From positions 128,001 to 192,000 of the forward strand of contig OY759316.1 in assembly GCA_963662275.1 (NCBI GenBank): 64,000 nucleotides of DNA, read 5' to 3'. A program made the translations under genes and the position numbers. The DNA comes from Candidatus Cloacimonadales bacterium (lineage in GTDB: Bacteria; Cloacimonadota; Cloacimonadia; Cloacimonadales; DAONDQ01). Under the pieces are notes generated by a model. It did not search any database. It was not told where the DNA came from and was given only the letters and a program-made list of their open reading frames with translations. Shown here one piece after another: positions 41,391 to 51,878 of this stretch (positions are counted from its first letter, which is position 1; the number at the start of each line of letters is the position of its first letter).

Positions 41391-43754
41391 ATGCTTTATC
41401 GAGATGAGAAACTGACACGACGTGACCTAATTGATCCGACCATTATGAACCGTTTCTGGACTGCTGATCTGATCAAGATTGAGAAGACACCAGGCGGTGT
41501 GGATATCATTGACGGAAAACCTGTCAAACGTAGTGGACGTTGTGATTATCTGCTTTGTATCCCGATAAGAGACGGAAAACCGCCATTACCCATTGCAATC
41601 CTTGAAGCGAAAAAGGAATCCGATTATGCAGGTATGGGACTGGTCCAGGCAAAGAAATACTGCCAGCAATTCCATGTGCCTTTTGCGTTTTCCACAAACG
41701 GTCATCAATTTGTAGAATATGCAGAAGATACAGATCTCATTTCACATGAAAAGTCTTTAAAGGAAATCCCGACTCCCCATGAACTGCGTCTTCGTTATGA
41801 AGCACTGAAGCAAATCAAACTCGATTCTACTTTGGCAGATGCCTTATCGTCATCTTACAAAGGCGGAGAAGGTGTCAGAAGATATTACCAGGATGCTGCC
41901 ATACGTGCAGTTTTGGAGAAGATAGCTCAAGGTGAAAAACGCTGTTTATTATCTTTAGCAACCGGTACCGGCAAAACTGTGATTGCCAAACTTCTTTTGT
42001 ATAAGATCGCTTCTGCAGATCAATTGACCAGGGCTTTGTTTTTATGTGATCGGGATGAATTACGAACCAACGGTATTGGTCACATGACCGATATGTTTGG
42101 CGATGATGCTCAAATCGTTTCAACAGAAAATCCCCATCCAAATGCCAGAGTTCTTGTTGCCACCTATCAAACCCTGAATATCTCCGATGAAGATTCCGAA
42201 CCTCGCTTTTGGAGAGAGAATTTCCCTCCGAATTACTTCAGCCATATCATCATTGATGAATGTCACCGTAGTGCCTGGAGTCGCTGGAGCATTGTCCTTA
42301 CAGATAATCCTGATGCGATTCAAATTGGTTTGACAGCCACTCCCAGGATCATCACAGGTGGAAAAGCGGATTCAGAAGACCGACTCGAAGATGAAGAGAT
42401 CACAGCGAATAACGTTAAGTATTTCGGTGAACCTGTTTATGAATATTCCATCTCTCAAGGACAAAAAGACGGATACCTGGCAGCTTGTGAAGTGATTAGA
42501 CCCAGTGTTGACCTGGATAGTAAAAGCATTGTTCGTGAAGATATTGAAGCTAGAACAGCCGTTGATCTCTATACAGGAAAGCAAGTCAATCCTTCTGATA
42601 TTGATGAAGTCTATTCCAAGGAAAGATTTGATGTGGACTTATTGCTTGATGACCGCATGAACGCCATGTCGCAGGATTTGTTTCAAATGCTGTTGGATAC
42701 CGGTGGACCTTACCAGAAAACGATTATCTTCTGTGCCGGTGAATATCATGCTGATCAAATCGCCACAAGATTACAGAATCTCTATATTCAATGGTGTAAA
42801 CAGTATGCAAGGGCTCCGCGTAAGTTCTATGCTTTCAAATGCACATCTGCAAATACAGGCGAAAAAGCCAAAGACCTCATTCCTGAACTGCGTGGCTCCA
42901 TCATGTCGCATTATATAGCAACCACAGTCGATTTACTGTCAACTGGCGTGGATATTCCCAACCTGCAGAATGTAGTATTTTTCCAATACATCAAATCACC
43001 TATCTGCTTCTACCAGATGGTTGGCAGGGGGACACGAACAGGCAATCCCATCGGTTCAAAAATGATGTTCAGAGTATATGATTACACAAATGCCACCCGT
43101 CTTTTTGGAGAAGCATTTGAAAGTAAGGCATCACCGAGTAAGCCCGATGAAAATGACGATATAGAACCAATGATCCAAAAGAAACACATCAAAATTCTGG
43201 AGAATGAGTTTGAAATAACGATCCAAAACGAAGGCAGATCAATTCTATGCAATATCAATGGAATTGATACTCTCGTACCTTATGAGGAATATAAAAAACA
43301 ATTGGGAAATAAACTGCTTGAAGAAGTTACAAGTGTGGAAGAATTACGCAGTCATTGGGTCGTATATAAGAAAAGGCGTTCCCTCATAGACCAGTTACCG
43401 GGTGGAGAAGGAGCAATTCGTCTGATCAGGGAACTGGAAAGTGAACAGGATTGTGACCTATACGACGTATTAGCTGAAGTAGGTTTTCAATATGAACCCA
43501 AATCAAGGGCTGAACGTGCTTCGGGTTTTTCTTTCAGGAACAAAGACTGGCTCAGCAACTATCCTGAAAAAACACAAAAGGTACTGGAATCAGTTGTGAA
43601 GCAATTTGAATACGGTGGAATCGATGAACTGGAAAGCGATTCACTGTTTGATGTCCCGGAAATTAAAGATAACGGCGGATTCTCCGCCTTGCTCAGATTA
43701 CCGATTCAACCCGATGAACTAATAAATGAAACTAAATTAAGGTTGTTAAGATGA
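41391..43754 (+). CDS. hsdR: Type I restriction enzyme R subunit (EcoAI/EcoEI-like)
   Basis: D..LEAK nuclease motif, ATGTGKT, DECH, LTATP, TGVDIP and QMVGRGTR. Confidence 0.92.
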   Translation: MLYRDEKLTRRDLIDPTIMNRFWTADLIKIEKTPGGVDIIDGKPVKRSGRCDYLLCIPIRDGKPPLPIAILEAKKESDYAGMGLVQAKKYCQQFHVPFAFSTNGHQFVEYAEDTDLISHEKSLKEIPTPHELRLRYEALKQIKLDSTLADALSSSYKGGEGVRRYYQDAAIRAVLEKIAQGEKRCLLSLATGTGKTVIAKLLLYKIASADQLTRALFLCDRDELRTNGIGHMTDMFGDDAQIVSTENPHPNARVLVATYQTLNISDEDSEPRFWRENFPPNYFSHIIIDECHRSAWSRWSIVLTDNPDAIQIGLTATPRIITGGKADSEDRLEDEEITANNVKYFGEPVYEYSISQGQKDGYLAACEVIRPSVDLDSKSIVREDIEARTAVDLYTGKQVNPSDIDEVYSKERFDVDLLLDDRMNAMSQDLFQMLLDTGGPYQKTIIFCAGEYHADQIATRLQNLYIQWCKQYARAPRKFYAFKCTSANTGEKAKDLIPELRGSIMSHYIATTVDLLSTGVDIPNLQNVVFFQYIKSPICFYQMVGRGTRTGNPIGSKMMFRVYDYTNATRLFGEAFESKASPSKPDENDDIEPMIQKKHIKILENEFEITIQNEGRSILCNINGIDTLVPYEEYKKQLGNKLLEEVTSVEELRSHWVVYKKRRSLIDQLPGGEGAIRLIRELESEQDCDLYDVLAEVGFQYEPKSRAERASGFSFRNKDWLSNYPEKTQKVLESVVKQFEYGGIDELESDSLFDVPEIKDNGGFSALLRLPIQPDELINETKLRLLR

Positions 43755-44983
43755 ATGTTATGATAAAAAATATGAGTTGTAAGATTAGAAAACTTAGTGA
43801 ATTGGCAACCGTTCTAAACGGGGCAACCCCGGATACAAACACTCCTGAATATTGGAATGGCAATATATTATGGCTGACACCAAAAGACATTGGCAGGCTT
43901 AGTTCAAAGTTCATCAGCGATTCTGAACGGAAAATAACAGAACTTGGACTGCAAAGCTGTTCTTCTACAATAATTCCTGAATACTCTGTATTATTAACAA
44001 GTAGAGCACCTGTAGGGAATATAGCCGTTAATACTGTCCCTGTATGTACGAATCAAGGTTTTAAGAGTATTATCCCTAAAGAAGGTATTTATTGGGATTA
44101 TCTTTACCATTATTTATGCTTTCTTCGCCCAACATTAGATAGTCTGAGCCACGGTAATACTTTTATGGAGATTATGAAGGAAAAAGTCGATTCCTTAGAT
44201 ATCCTTATACCGGATAAATACGAAGATCAAGTAGCAATTGCCAATCAGCTTGATGACAAGCTCCAAAAAGTTGAGAAATTACATAAAGCAATATTGATGC
44301 AGGAAGAAGCTTTCCAAAATCTATACTCAGCTTATTTTAGGGATGTATGGCCTTGGAATCCTCTTGATCCTCAACCTGATGGATTAAAATGGAAAAAATC
44401 TTCATTAAAGAAATTGTGCATAGATATAAAAGGTGGCGGTACACCTGATAGGTCAAATCCAGATTACTGGAATGGAGACATTCCTTGGATTTCAAGTGCA
44501 GATATAATCAATTTATACACTGTTCAACCAAGAAGATATATCACACAGAAAGCAATAAAAGAATCTGCAACAAATATAGTTCCTAAAGGCAGTATAATCA
44601 TAGTAACCAGAGTCGGAGTGGGAAAACTATGTGTAGCTCCTTTTGATTTATGCTTCAGCCAAGATTCACATGGATTGATTCTTGATACTAATCAAATAAA
44701 TCCAAATTATCTTCTATTGTATCTTTTATCCATCATGAAATCTGTGATATTTTCATCCCAAGGATCAACCGTTAAAGGTATAACACGCGATGTGTTAGAA
44801 ACAATACCAATCATAATACCAATTGATCATATAGAACAAATCACAATTGCTGAAAAACTATATAGTATATTCGGACATCTTGACCAAATCAATCAAGATT
44901 TGGGAAAACAGAAAAATGCAATATTCTCATTAAATACGACAATACTCAATGAGACTTTCTCAAAAGTAAAGGAATCATTATGA
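43751..44983 (+). CDS. hsdS: Type I R-M specificity subunit (two TRDs)
   Basis: GATP..YWNG and GGTP..YWNGDIPW, plus conserved P..EQ..IA repeats. Confidence 0.9.
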   Translation: MNVMIKNMSCKIRKLSELATVLNGATPDTNTPEYWNGNILWLTPKDIGRLSSKFISDSERKITELGLQSCSSTIIPEYSVLLTSRAPVGNIAVNTVPVCTNQGFKSIIPKEGIYWDYLYHYLCFLRPTLDSLSHGNTFMEIMKEKVDSLDILIPDKYEDQVAIANQLDDKLQKVEKLHKAILMQEEAFQNLYSAYFRDVWPWNPLDPQPDGLKWKKSSLKKLCIDIKGGGTPDRSNPDYWNGDIPWISSADIINLYTVQPRRYITQKAIKESATNIVPKGSIIIVTRVGVGKLCVAPFDLCFSQDSHGLILDTNQINPNYLLLYLLSIMKSVIFSSQGSTVKGITRDVLETIPIIIPIDHIEQITIAEKLYSIFGHLDQINQDLGKQKNAIFSLNTTILNETFSKVKESL

Positions 44984-46575
44984 ACTCAACTAAAGCTCAA
45001 AAGAATGGCAAATCTGTAAATACGCAAGCCAATATGGACAAAACGATTAAATCAATCTGCGATATATTACGCCGCGATAAAGCCAAAGGTGCCCGTCTCT
45101 ATATACCTGAATTAACCTGGATGCTTTTCCTATGTTATCTGGACATCATTGAGATAGAACAGAAACAAAGAGCGCAGGCATTGGGGAAAGACTATTCTCC
45201 GATATTGGAATCACCGTACCGCTGGCAGGATTGGGCTGCGCCATTCGACCGCAAGAAAGACCCTGATGAACTGATTAGGAACCAGGAACAGGGATGGAAA
45301 CGCTGTGAACTCAGCAACAAACGGATGGGTTCCTTCCTCAAGTTTGTGAATGAAGAGCTGTTTCCCCATTTGATGAATCTCGAAAGCAATTTCAATGTGA
45401 CACATAAGCAGCGGATCATCTCTGAAATCTTTAAGACTAAACAAAATACGATCCTCGATTCCGAAAACAACTTGCAGGACGTTTTGGATAAAGTGCATGA
45501 TCTCGCCAATTCAAAGATCGACGACACACACTTGTTTCCTATTTCACAGGCATTTGAAGGCATACTGCCCAGCCTGGGTGAAAAGAAGAATGATGGTGGA
45601 CAGTTTTTCACTCCCCGCGAAGTGATTCGTGTGATCGTGGATATCGTCAAACCAAAACTCGGTTGTACCATCTACGATCCCTGCTGTGGAACAGGCGGTT
45701 TTTTAATTGAAGCCTACAAATATCTCCTGAAACAAAATCCTTCCTCTACCCAACTCGAACAACTCAAAACAGAAGCCTTCTGGGGTAGAGAAGATGCAGG
45801 GGAAGTAATACCTATCCTGTTAGCCAATCTTCTGCTGCATGATATCGATTTGCCCCATATCTGGCATGGTAATACCCTGACCGGTAAAACAACCTATGGT
45901 GAGTTATTTGCAGGTGCTCCCAATCAGTTTGATTATATTTTAACAAATCCGCCTTTTGGCAGCAAAGAGAGCCTTTCAGCCCAGTCCAGGTTTGCCTTTA
46001 AAAGCGGAAAAGCCCAGATTCTCTTTTTACAGCATATTATCGATAGCTTGGCTGATAACGGAGTCTGCGGTATGGTAATCGATGAAGGTGTTTTATTCCA
46101 TACAAAAACCAAAGCGTACGAACAGACCAAACGCAAACTACTGAACGAATGCAATCTGTTTTGTATTATAAGCTTGCCGGGCGGTGTATTTGTTAATGCC
46201 GGTGCCGGTGTTAAAACCAATCTGTTCTTCTTCCAGAAAGGCAAACCAACCAGGAAAGTCTGGTATTATGATATGACCCTCGACGATGAATTCAAAACAC
46301 GAAAAGTCAACAAAGGCACACCTTTTCTCTCTTCCCATTTCAATGATTGCCTCAGACGCTTAGCCCTACCGGAAGATCACCAGGAACGCATCAGTGAACG
46401 AAGCTGGTTCCTGACGATAGCAGAAATTGAAGCCAGAAACTATGACCTGAAAGCTGTGAATAATAATGCTCCTGACTTCTCTGATAAACGTACATCAAAG
46501 GAATTGATTGAAGTGATTCAGAAGGCTCAGGAAGAGATAGGGGAATTGCTTGAACAACTAACAAAGGAGAAGTAA
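44980..46575 (+). CDS. hsdM: Type I R-M N6-adenine methyltransferase
   Basis: GQFFTPR, DPCCGTGGF and NPPF motifs. Confidence 0.93.
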   Translation: MNSTKAQKNGKSVNTQANMDKTIKSICDILRRDKAKGARLYIPELTWMLFLCYLDIIEIEQKQRAQALGKDYSPILESPYRWQDWAAPFDRKKDPDELIRNQEQGWKRCELSNKRMGSFLKFVNEELFPHLMNLESNFNVTHKQRIISEIFKTKQNTILDSENNLQDVLDKVHDLANSKIDDTHLFPISQAFEGILPSLGEKKNDGGQFFTPREVIRVIVDIVKPKLGCTIYDPCCGTGGFLIEAYKYLLKQNPSSTQLEQLKTEAFWGREDAGEVIPILLANLLLHDIDLPHIWHGNTLTGKTTYGELFAGAPNQFDYILTNPPFGSKESLSAQSRFAFKSGKAQILFLQHIIDSLADNGVCGMVIDEGVLFHTKTKAYEQTKRKLLNECNLFCIISLPGGVFVNAGAGVKTNLFFFQKGKPTRKVWYYDMTLDDEFKTRKVNKGTPFLSSHFNDCLRRLALPEDHQERISERSWFLTIAEIEARNYDLKAVNNNAPDFSDKRTSKELIEVIQKAQEEIGELLEQLTKEK

Positions 46576-47456
46576 TGTTAATATCTGGAGGAGCTTCCAA
46601 AGACTTCACATATTATGTTGATCATAATCCAGGGGAAATCCCACATCAACGAGATTTTTGTGAATATATTAAACTACATAGGCCGAATAAAAGAATTTCA
46701 GGACCTGACATCAATCCCATGACTGTTAGGTTATTCTCCGCATATGCAGAAATGGAATTGATAGAATCGGAATACGCAAAGTTCAATTGCTTTTCAGAAG
46801 TTGAGTTTAAATATAAATCAGCTAATATTACCAAAGGAAGTCAACCTCTATCAACGGCTACGGGATCTGCAGTCGTTATTCCAGAAGTCCAAATTAACGA
46901 AGAAATAGAACTTTCTAATTGGAACTATATTAGCTCTTCTCCAAACATCTTTGTTTATCAAAATGACTCATGTAAATTGGTACTTTTCTACATACATAGG
47001 TCATTTTATAATTTTCTATATCATTGTTCATCCGTGTTAGATAGGGTAAAGCGTGAAACAGATACTTTCTATTCGATCATCTTATCCCAAAGAGCGATTA
47101 ATAGAAATATCAGGCATATTTATTTCTTGGATTTATTTGAAAACAAGTGGAAGTATTCCTTTCCAAATTCTGCAGGAGATTCACTAATAACCTCTCTTCA
47201 AACATTGCTCCCATCTAATTGTTATCTAAGAAATTTTAGAGAGTATAGAAATACAATTACCCATGATGGATTCATTAAGCTTCAAGAAGATATGGTGATT
47301 AATAAAATCTACATACAAGATGGTCCCAAAGTACCGACTTTCATTAATCAGATAGATTTGCTATCTTATTTGAATTCTACCTTTTCAGAAATTAAAAATT
47401 TCGTAGATAAATTCTACGAATTAATGCTTCAAGATGCAATCAACGGCAAAATCTAA
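46575..47456 (+). CDS. Putative HEPN-domain protein (Cthe_2314-like)
   Basis: YRNTITH (R-x4-H) after a helical region FLY..SSVLD. Translationally coupled to hsdM (TAATG). Confidence 0.6.
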   Translation: MLISGGASKDFTYYVDHNPGEIPHQRDFCEYIKLHRPNKRISGPDINPMTVRLFSAYAEMELIESEYAKFNCFSEVEFKYKSANITKGSQPLSTATGSAVVIPEVQINEEIELSNWNYISSSPNIFVYQNDSCKLVLFYIHRSFYNFLYHCSSVLDRVKRETDTFYSIILSQRAINRNIRHIYFLDLFENKWKYSFPNSAGDSLITSLQTLLPSNCYLRNFREYRNTITHDGFIKLQEDMVINKIYIQDGPKVPTFINQIDLLSYLNSTFSEIKNFVDKFYELMLQDAINGKI

Positions 47457-47477
47457 ATCATCCAAAAAGGAGGACTA

Positions 47478-48281
47478 ATGGGAATAAGTATTGAAAAATA
47501 TAAACAAGATATTGAGGCTTTAATACAAAGAGGTAATTCGCTAGGGATTGCGATAAAAACTGAATGTGATCATAGTCAATTAGCAAATATCGGCAAGACA
47601 CCTGAAGAAATAGAGAAAATCAGAAAATCAATCCCTAATTTTCGAGTAGAATATCAAGCGTGGTATTCAGAAGCTAAAATTCTAATTAGAAATCTATTAC
47701 CTGATAGATTAGATGACTTTGTGAGATATTATGAAAAACCTAAATCAAGAAAGATAATTGATTTCGAAAGCTATAGAATTGAAGACTATCTACAGGGGGT
47801 TGTTGTCACAAATAGTTTCGACGGAGAAGTAATTGTCGGACATTCAGCTGCAATACCATTGTTCTATCAACAAATAGCCATAGTAAAAGCTCTAAGTAAA
47901 CGCTTTCAAAGTTCATTATTTGATATTAAACTTCATCTGCAAGCAGAAATGTTTGATGATGAACTAGATGCTGCTGAGTATTTGTTAATGAATAAATTTA
48001 CTAGAGCTGCCGGAGCAATCGCTGGTGTAATTCTTGAAAGGCATCTCAAACAGATATGTTTAAACTATCAAGTTACATTTGGGAATAAGAAAAACTTAGT
48101 TATTAGCGACTTGAATGATGCCTTAAAGAAAGCTAATATCCTTGAAACATCTGATTGGAGAAGAATTCAGCTTTTAGGCGATATTAGAAATAATTGTGAT
48201 CATGATAAGAAAACTGAGCCAAAAGAAGCAGAAGTTCAAGAATTGATTGATGGAGTAAAAAAGATCATTAAAACTTACTAG
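47478..48281 (+). CDS. Putative HEPN-domain protein
   Basis: AAGAIAGVILERHL and IRNNCDH (R-x4-H). Strong RBS. Confidence 0.7.
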   Translation: MGISIEKYKQDIEALIQRGNSLGIAIKTECDHSQLANIGKTPEEIEKIRKSIPNFRVEYQAWYSEAKILIRNLLPDRLDDFVRYYEKPKSRKIIDFESYRIEDYLQGVVVTNSFDGEVIVGHSAAIPLFYQQIAIVKALSKRFQSSLFDIKLHLQAEMFDDELDAAEYLLMNKFTRAAGAIAGVILERHLKQICLNYQVTFGNKKNLVISDLNDALKKANILETSDWRRIQLLGDIRNNCDHDKKTEPKEAEVQELIDGVKKIIKTY

Positions 48282-48302
48282 TGTATTTTGAGTTCTGATA
48301 GA

Positions 48303-48336
48303 AAAGAGGGCGTGCTTCCGCACGCCCCTACTTTGT
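48303..48336 (+). terminator. Probable terminator after the defence operon
   Basis: gggcgtgc-ttcc-gcacgccc hairpin followed by a T-rich run. Confidence 0.6.
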
Positions 48337-48634
48337 TTACATAACATTCGTTAACATACCCGCTTCAGGAATAACCAATAGCAATCCGACTAGCATAGCA
48401 TCCACTACTGTTATCACAGGATATTCTTGTTTCAGAATATCATCTTTGGTTATGGTTGATAGATCAACTTCAGGTATCTGTCTCTTCAGAGCAAACATCA
48501 TTCTAAGATAGTTGCATAGCAATTAGCAGGTATTTTGTCTGCTAAATCAGTATAATTCTTCATGAGTGCTATGCTTAATATAGAATTTAATGCCCATACA
48601 AAACCAACCATTCAAACAAATTCTTACTAAAGTA

Positions 48635-49336
48635 CTATAAGAACAGATTTTTTAATAAGAGTTTATCTGCTTGCAACGTTTGAGAAAGACCAGTAAAAAC
48701 TACTTTACCAATCTTCATTACATAAGATCTATCGCTAATTTTCAACACATCTGAAACTTTCTGTTCAACAATTAAAATGCTTACCTGTTGGTTTTGATTT
48801 ATTTCGACGATTTTGTTAAATACAGTGCTAACCTTATCGGGTGCTAATCCGAGAGATGGTTCATCTAGCAATAACAGCTTTGGAAGTGTAATAAGGGCTC
48901 TAGCCAAAGCCAACATTTGTTGTTCACCTCCAGAAAGGGTACCAGCATATTGCTTTAATCGATCTTTTACTTCAGGGAACGTAATTAACACATTTTCAAT
49001 ATTTTGTTTTAATAATTTATTAGAAAGATGAATACCACCTAGTTCAAGATTTTCCATGACTTTTAAATCGTTGAATACTCGATTTCCTTGGGGAACATAT
49101 GTTATTCCCATTTTAACATTCTGAGCTGGAGACAAACCATTTATAGTCGAAGAATCGTAAATTATATCACCATTCCATATAGGAATTATTCCGCATATTG
49201 TTTTCAATACAGTTGATTTGCCAGCACCATTGGGTCCGATGAGTGCTATAATTTCGCTTTCTTTAACTTCCATTGATATATTATAAAGAACTTGTTTCAA
49301 ACCATAGCCTGTTTCGAGATTTTTGATTTCCAACAT
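48635..49336 (-). CDS. livF: Branched-chain amino acid-type ABC ATPase (LivF-like)
   Basis: GPNGAGKST, LSGGEQQM, LDEPSLGLAP and VEQ motifs. Confidence 0.9.
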   Translation of the reverse strand: MLEIKNLETGYGLKQVLYNISMEVKESEIIALIGPNGAGKSTVLKTICGIIPIWNGDIIYDSSTINGLSPAQNVKMGITYVPQGNRVFNDLKVMENLELGGIHLSNKLLKQNIENVLITFPEVKDRLKQYAGTLSGGEQQMLALARALITLPKLLLLDEPSLGLAPDKVSTVFNKIVEINQNQQVSILIVEQKVSDVLKISDRSYVMKIGKVVFTGLSQTLQADKLLLKNLFL

Positions 49337-49344
49337 TATGAACC

Positions 49345-50100
49345 TCAGTGCAGATAAGTCTCAATAACCTTTGGATCATTTCTAACGAAATCTGGTTTCC
49401 CTTCACTAACGATCGTTCCACTATCCATGAATATTACACGGTCACAAATCTTCATAACAGCATCTAAATTGTGCTCTATTAGTATCACAGTCTTGCCTAG
49501 AGAAGGTAAACTCTTTATAATTGTGAGCATGGATTCGATAGTTTCAGGAGCTATTCCAGCAACGGGTTCATCAAGCAAAAGGACTTCAGATTTTGCAGCT
49601 AGACAACAAGCGATAGTTAGTAGTTTTTGCTGTCCATAAGATAATTTTTCAGCTGGATCATTTACCTTATTCCAGATACCCATTTCTTTCAATAACACCA
49701 TTGCTTCAATTTTGTTAGCAGTTTCTTGTTTTAAACAGTATTTCCAGTTAAAGAGAGTTCTATGCAGTTTTTCCCCCGGCTGGTTCTGAAATGCTAAGAG
49801 AACGTTATCCAAAACGCTTATTTGTTTAATAAGACGAAGATTCTGGAATGTCCTACTGATTCCAAGTCTTGTAATCCGAAAAGGGACAGCATTTGTAATA
49901 TCTTTGCTTTTAAAGATCACTTTCCCGTTATCGGGTATTACGAATCCACTTATTATATTAAAGAGAGTAGTTTTTCCTGCTCCATTGGGTCCTATTATTC
50001 CTAAAATCTCTCCTTTTTGTAAAGAGCAGGAGAAACCAGAAAGGGCACAAATTCCATTGTAACTTTTGTCCAGTAGCTGAATGTCAAGGATCCCGACCAT
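49345..50100 (-). CDS. livG: Branched-chain amino acid-type ABC ATPase (LivG-like)
   Basis: GPNGAGKTT, RTFQ, LSYGQQK, DEPVAG, IEH and DPKVIETYL motifs. Confidence 0.9.
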   Translation of the reverse strand: MVGILDIQLLDKSYNGICALSGFSCSLQKGEILGIIGPNGAGKTTLFNIISGFVIPDNGKVIFKSKDITNAVPFRITRLGISRTFQNLRLIKQISVLDNVLLAFQNQPGEKLHRTLFNWKYCLKQETANKIEAMVLLKEMGIWNKVNDPAEKLSYGQQKLLTIACCLAAKSEVLLLDEPVAGIAPETIESMLTIIKSLPSLGKTVILIEHNLDAVMKICDRVIFMDSGTIVSEGKPDFVRNDPKVIETYLH

Positions 50101-50101
50101 T

Positions 50102-50983
50102 TTAGAGTTTTCCTTTCAAAAATGAATATTCGCCGATGAGACCTCTAGGTCTCCATAACATAAATGCAACAAGCAAACCCCCGTAGATAATTTGTCTAAA
50201 ATTAGCAGCTATGGAACTTGGAAGTCCAATGAAACGCAAAATCTCAGGTAGAATCACAAGAAGAACTGAACCAATAACTGGTCCCCACATGCTACCTGAG
50301 CCTCCAATTATTACAATAGAAATCATGAAGATAGATTCCATTACAGTGAAACTGGTTGGATCTATAAAACTAATGTAATAGGCAAATAAAACTCCAGCAA
50401 TTGCAGCTAAGGCAGAGCCGATTGTGAAGACTAAAATTTTATATGAAGCTACATTTTTTCCTGTTGCTTGGGATAAAACTTCATCTTCACGGATCGCTTT
50501 CAACACACGCCCAAATGGTGAAATGATAATTCGTTTAATGAACAAGAAAGTAAAAGCACCAAAAAAAGAAACAAGTAGAAGAAAGCCAAATGTCGTGGAA
50601 AACTGTATCCCGAAAATTGATGGAATTGGAATACCCGGTAAGCCAATAGGACCACCTGTAAAGGAAATCAAATTGTTTAATATATTGAAAGAAATTACCT
50701 GCAATGCGAAAGTAGCAATTACAAAATAGTCATCTTTAATTCTGAGAGTCGGAATACCAATCAATGTACTAGAAACAATGCTAGTTACAATAGCAAAACT
50801 GAGCGTTAAAATGAAAGGACTATGGAGTTTTATTGATAACAGTGCAGCGGCATAGGCACCGATACCATAAAAAGTTGCATGAGCTATAGAAAGCAAACCT
50901 GTGTAGCCCATGATTAGGTTTAGTGATATTGTAAGAATAGAATAAATACCAATTAAAATAAAGATATGTATCAAATACTCCAT
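50102..50983 (-). CDS. livM: Branched-chain amino acid-type ABC permease (LivM-like)
   Basis: SLNLIMGYTGLLS.AH, GR.LKAIREDE and IGGSGS motifs. Start MEYL at 50983. Confidence 0.9.
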   Translation of the reverse strand: MEYLIHIFILIGIYSILTISLNLIMGYTGLLSIAHATFYGIGAYAAALLSIKLHSPFILTLSFAIVTSIVSSTLIGIPTLRIKDDYFVIATFALQVISFNILNNLISFTGGPIGLPGIPIPSIFGIQFSTTFGFLLLVSFFGAFTFLFIKRIIISPFGRVLKAIREDEVLSQATGKNVASYKILVFTIGSALAAIAGVLFAYYISFIDPTSFTVMESIFMISIVIIGGSGSMWGPVIGSVLLVILPEILRFIGLPSSIAANFRQIIYGGLLVAFMLWRPRGLIGEYSFLKGKL

Positions 50984-50993
50984 TCTATATCCC

Positions 50994-51875
50994 CTACACC
51001 TCGGTTTTGAGAAATTGTTTTCGAAAAATACCTTTTGGACGTATAGCAAGAAAACTTAACAGCAAAATAAAAGCAGTTACTTCCCCCCACTGTGCTCCGA
51101 ATTGCCAACCAGCTATCTGCTGTAGAGTTGCTAAAATGAATGAGATTAAAGCAATTGAACAAGTTTTCCCATTTCCATTTATCACAACAACAACGATACC
51201 TAGCAATAGCATAGGTAGACCCATCGTCGGTGTCATTCCAACATCGTAAGCTTGAAGAATTCCAGTTGTACTCGCAATAAAAGAACCTAAGCAGAAGCAA
51301 ATTCCAGTAACTTTGTCTATTTCAATCCCACTTATCTTTGCTAACTCTTGATTGTTAGTTATTGCCCGCATAATTAAGCCAATTTTGGTTTTATCGATAA
51401 ATAAAGTCTTTGAAAGTAGAATGATTATCGCAAAACCGATTAGAATCAATTGGATGGGTGTAATCAAAGCTCCAAATAAATTGAGCGCTGGGGTAATTGA
51501 AGCGTTGCTAATTATTTTTGTATCGTCCCCGAATAGCAAAGATATCACATTCTGAATAACTGTATAGAGACCAAGGGAAGAAAGTAAAAGGACTAAAGAG
51601 GACGCATCTCGATGTCTCATTGGCCGATATACTGCCCAATCTAATAACCAACCTAATCCTGTTCCTGCTATTAACGCAAGAGGAAAAGCAGCATAGATTG
51701 AGAGGTGAATGACCTGAGAAAAAGCAAAAAAACTGTAGGCTCCAAATGTGATGATTACAGCATGAGTAAAATGAAAGAATCTAACTGCTGAGAATATTAT
51801 AGAGAAACTGCTACTTATAAGAAAGATTATGGAAGCAGAAATTAGAATATTTACAATGAATTGTTCCAATACCAA
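50994..51875 (-). CDS. livH: Branched-chain amino acid-type ABC permease (LivH-like)
   Basis: FHFTH, G..MRA...N..LA..SGI and RPKGIF motifs. Confidence 0.88.
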   Translation of the reverse strand: MVLEQFIVNILISASIIFLISSSFSIIFSAVRFFHFTHAVIITFGAYSFFAFSQVIHLSIYAAFPLALIAGTGLGWLLDWAVYRPMRHRDASSLVLLLSSLGLYTVIQNVISLLFGDDTKIISNASITPALNLFGALITPIQLILIGFAIIILLSKTLFIDKTKIGLIMRAITNNQELAKISGIEIDKVTGICFCLGSFIASTTGILQAYDVGMTPTMGLPMLLLGIVVVVINGNGKTCSIALISFILATLQQIAGWQFGAQWGEVTAFILLLSFLAIRPKGIFRKQFLKTEV

Positions 51876-51878
51876 TCC

